DNA from: Bacteroidales bacterium
GTDB lineage: Bacteria > Bacteroidota > Bacteroidia > Bacteroidales > BM520
Reading direction: 5' to 3'
Length of the DNA: 64,000 bases
Assembly (NCBI GenBank): GCA_016285515.1
Contig: JAEEQW010000006.1
Location: forward strand, 78 to 64,077
Under the pieces are notes generated by a model that was given only the letters and a program-made list of their open reading frames with translations, was not told the DNA's origin and made no database searches. The translations under genes were made by a program, and so were the position numbers. Positions within the stretch are counted from its first letter, which is position 1; every line of letters begins with the position of its first letter. Below, in pieces: positions 63,130 to 64,000 of the stretch.

Positions 63130-64000
63130 ATGACAACTATAACGATATACTACATAGTCTTTATCCAAGCCCTGTTCACAACAATTATTTTATATAATCT
63201 GAAGAACAAATCATCTTCAACGAATTTGCTTGTGGCACTAATCGCATGGGCTTCTTTGCACATATTATTCAATATATTACGGTACTCCTATCCTGATTCG
63301 TTTTCCAGATTCATGCCTTTGGAACCGTTCGTTTTTGCCATCGGACCGCTTATGCTGCTGTATCTGAGAGCAACTCTCAGGAAAATTCCTGTTACTTCCA
63401 CTGTGAATATTCTGCATTTCATACCTTATATTTTCTTTTTTTCACTGTCGTTGCTGTATCAGGACAAACCCTTCGTCTTCAGGATACAAGGATTCAAAAA
63501 TACCAACATCAGTGTGGCTATGCTGATTATCTACTGTGTGTTTTCATACATTTCAATATTCATATATTCTATTTTATGTTGGACTAACATCAACAAGGCC
63601 AAAAAGAACATTGAAGACTTCTATTCATACGAGAAATCAAAGAAACTCATATACTGGTTCAGGCTGCTTACAATAACAATGTTCATCATGTACACCATCC
63701 CCACATTGTTGGGAATAATGAGCGTAATCAGTCAGAACGACACATTTGACACATCAATAATCATAACAATAGGTTACGGATTAATATGTTATATGACAGT
63801 TTATTTCATGATAAAATCACCGGAGGTTTTCACTGGTGACGAAACTGAAAACCCTTGGGAACTGAGCACTTCCGCAAAAAAAGTCTCATACGGCAAATCA
63901 CAGCTTCCAAAGGAAATGCTGGACAAATGCATTGAGAAGCTGAAAGCTTTGATGGACAACGACAAAATATACCTTGATCCGGATCTAAGTCTCGATGAAG
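63130..64000 (+). CDS. Membrane-bound AraC-family transcriptional regulator, N-terminal part (runs off the right edge)
   Basis: This ORF is not in the supplied track because it is open-ended. I translated it by hand from the ATG at 63130: MTTITIYYIVFIQALFTTIILYNL... There are about 6 TM segments. Then ...KCIEKLKALMDNDKIYLDPDLSLDE is the usual lead-in to an AraC HTH domain. Confidence 0.6.
   Translation, partial: MTTITIYYIVFIQALFTTIILYNLKNKSSSTNLLVALIAWASLHILFNILRYSYPDSFSRFMPLEPFVFAIGPLMLLYLRATLRKIPVTSTVNILHFIPYIFFFSLSLLYQDKPFVFRIQGFKNTNISVAMLIIYCVFSYISIFIYSILCWTNINKAKKNIEDFYSYEKSKKLIYWFRLLTITMFIMYTIPTLLGIMSVISQNDTFDTSIIITIGYGLICYMTVYFMIKSPEVFTGDETENPWELSTSAKKVSYGKSQLPKEMLDKCIEKLKALMDNDKIYLDPDLSLDE

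Overview
This is a chromosomal segment from a Bacteroidota (Bacteroidales-like) genome. The evidence is a Bacteroidota-type 16S 5' end at the left edge, TAnnTTTG -7 promoter boxes, many CarboxypepD_reg/TonB-dependent receptors, and six complete plus two fragmentary type IX secretion (T9SS) C-terminal sorting domains. About half the window is ordinary housekeeping: rluB, tRNA-Thr, tRNA-Leu, pth, ctp, aqpZ, dcp, lplA, pepT, an OPT transporter, MscS, waaA, pepE and a MATE pump. The rest is accessory and visibly mosaic. A G+C-rich block (about 12.3-25.0 kb and 31.1-35.8 kb) carries a T9SS sialidase, three orphan AAA ATPases with phased promoter repeats, and several gene fragments. It is interrupted by a very A+T-rich block (about 25.2-30.7 kb) that encodes a papain-like T9SS protease and a dockerin-tagged beta-propeller. 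The main finding is a 3771-aa T9SS-sorted giant protein (49541..60856, minus strand). It contains seven cohesin-like modules interleaved with 20 Listeria-Bacteroides repeats. Two other genes in the window end in canonical duplicated dockerin modules. Together these read as a cellulosome-style cohesin-dockerin assembly system anchored through T9SS in a Gram-negative Bacteroidales. No CRISPR array, transposase or integrase was seen. All domain calls come from reading motifs by eye, because no HMM or BLAST search could be run.
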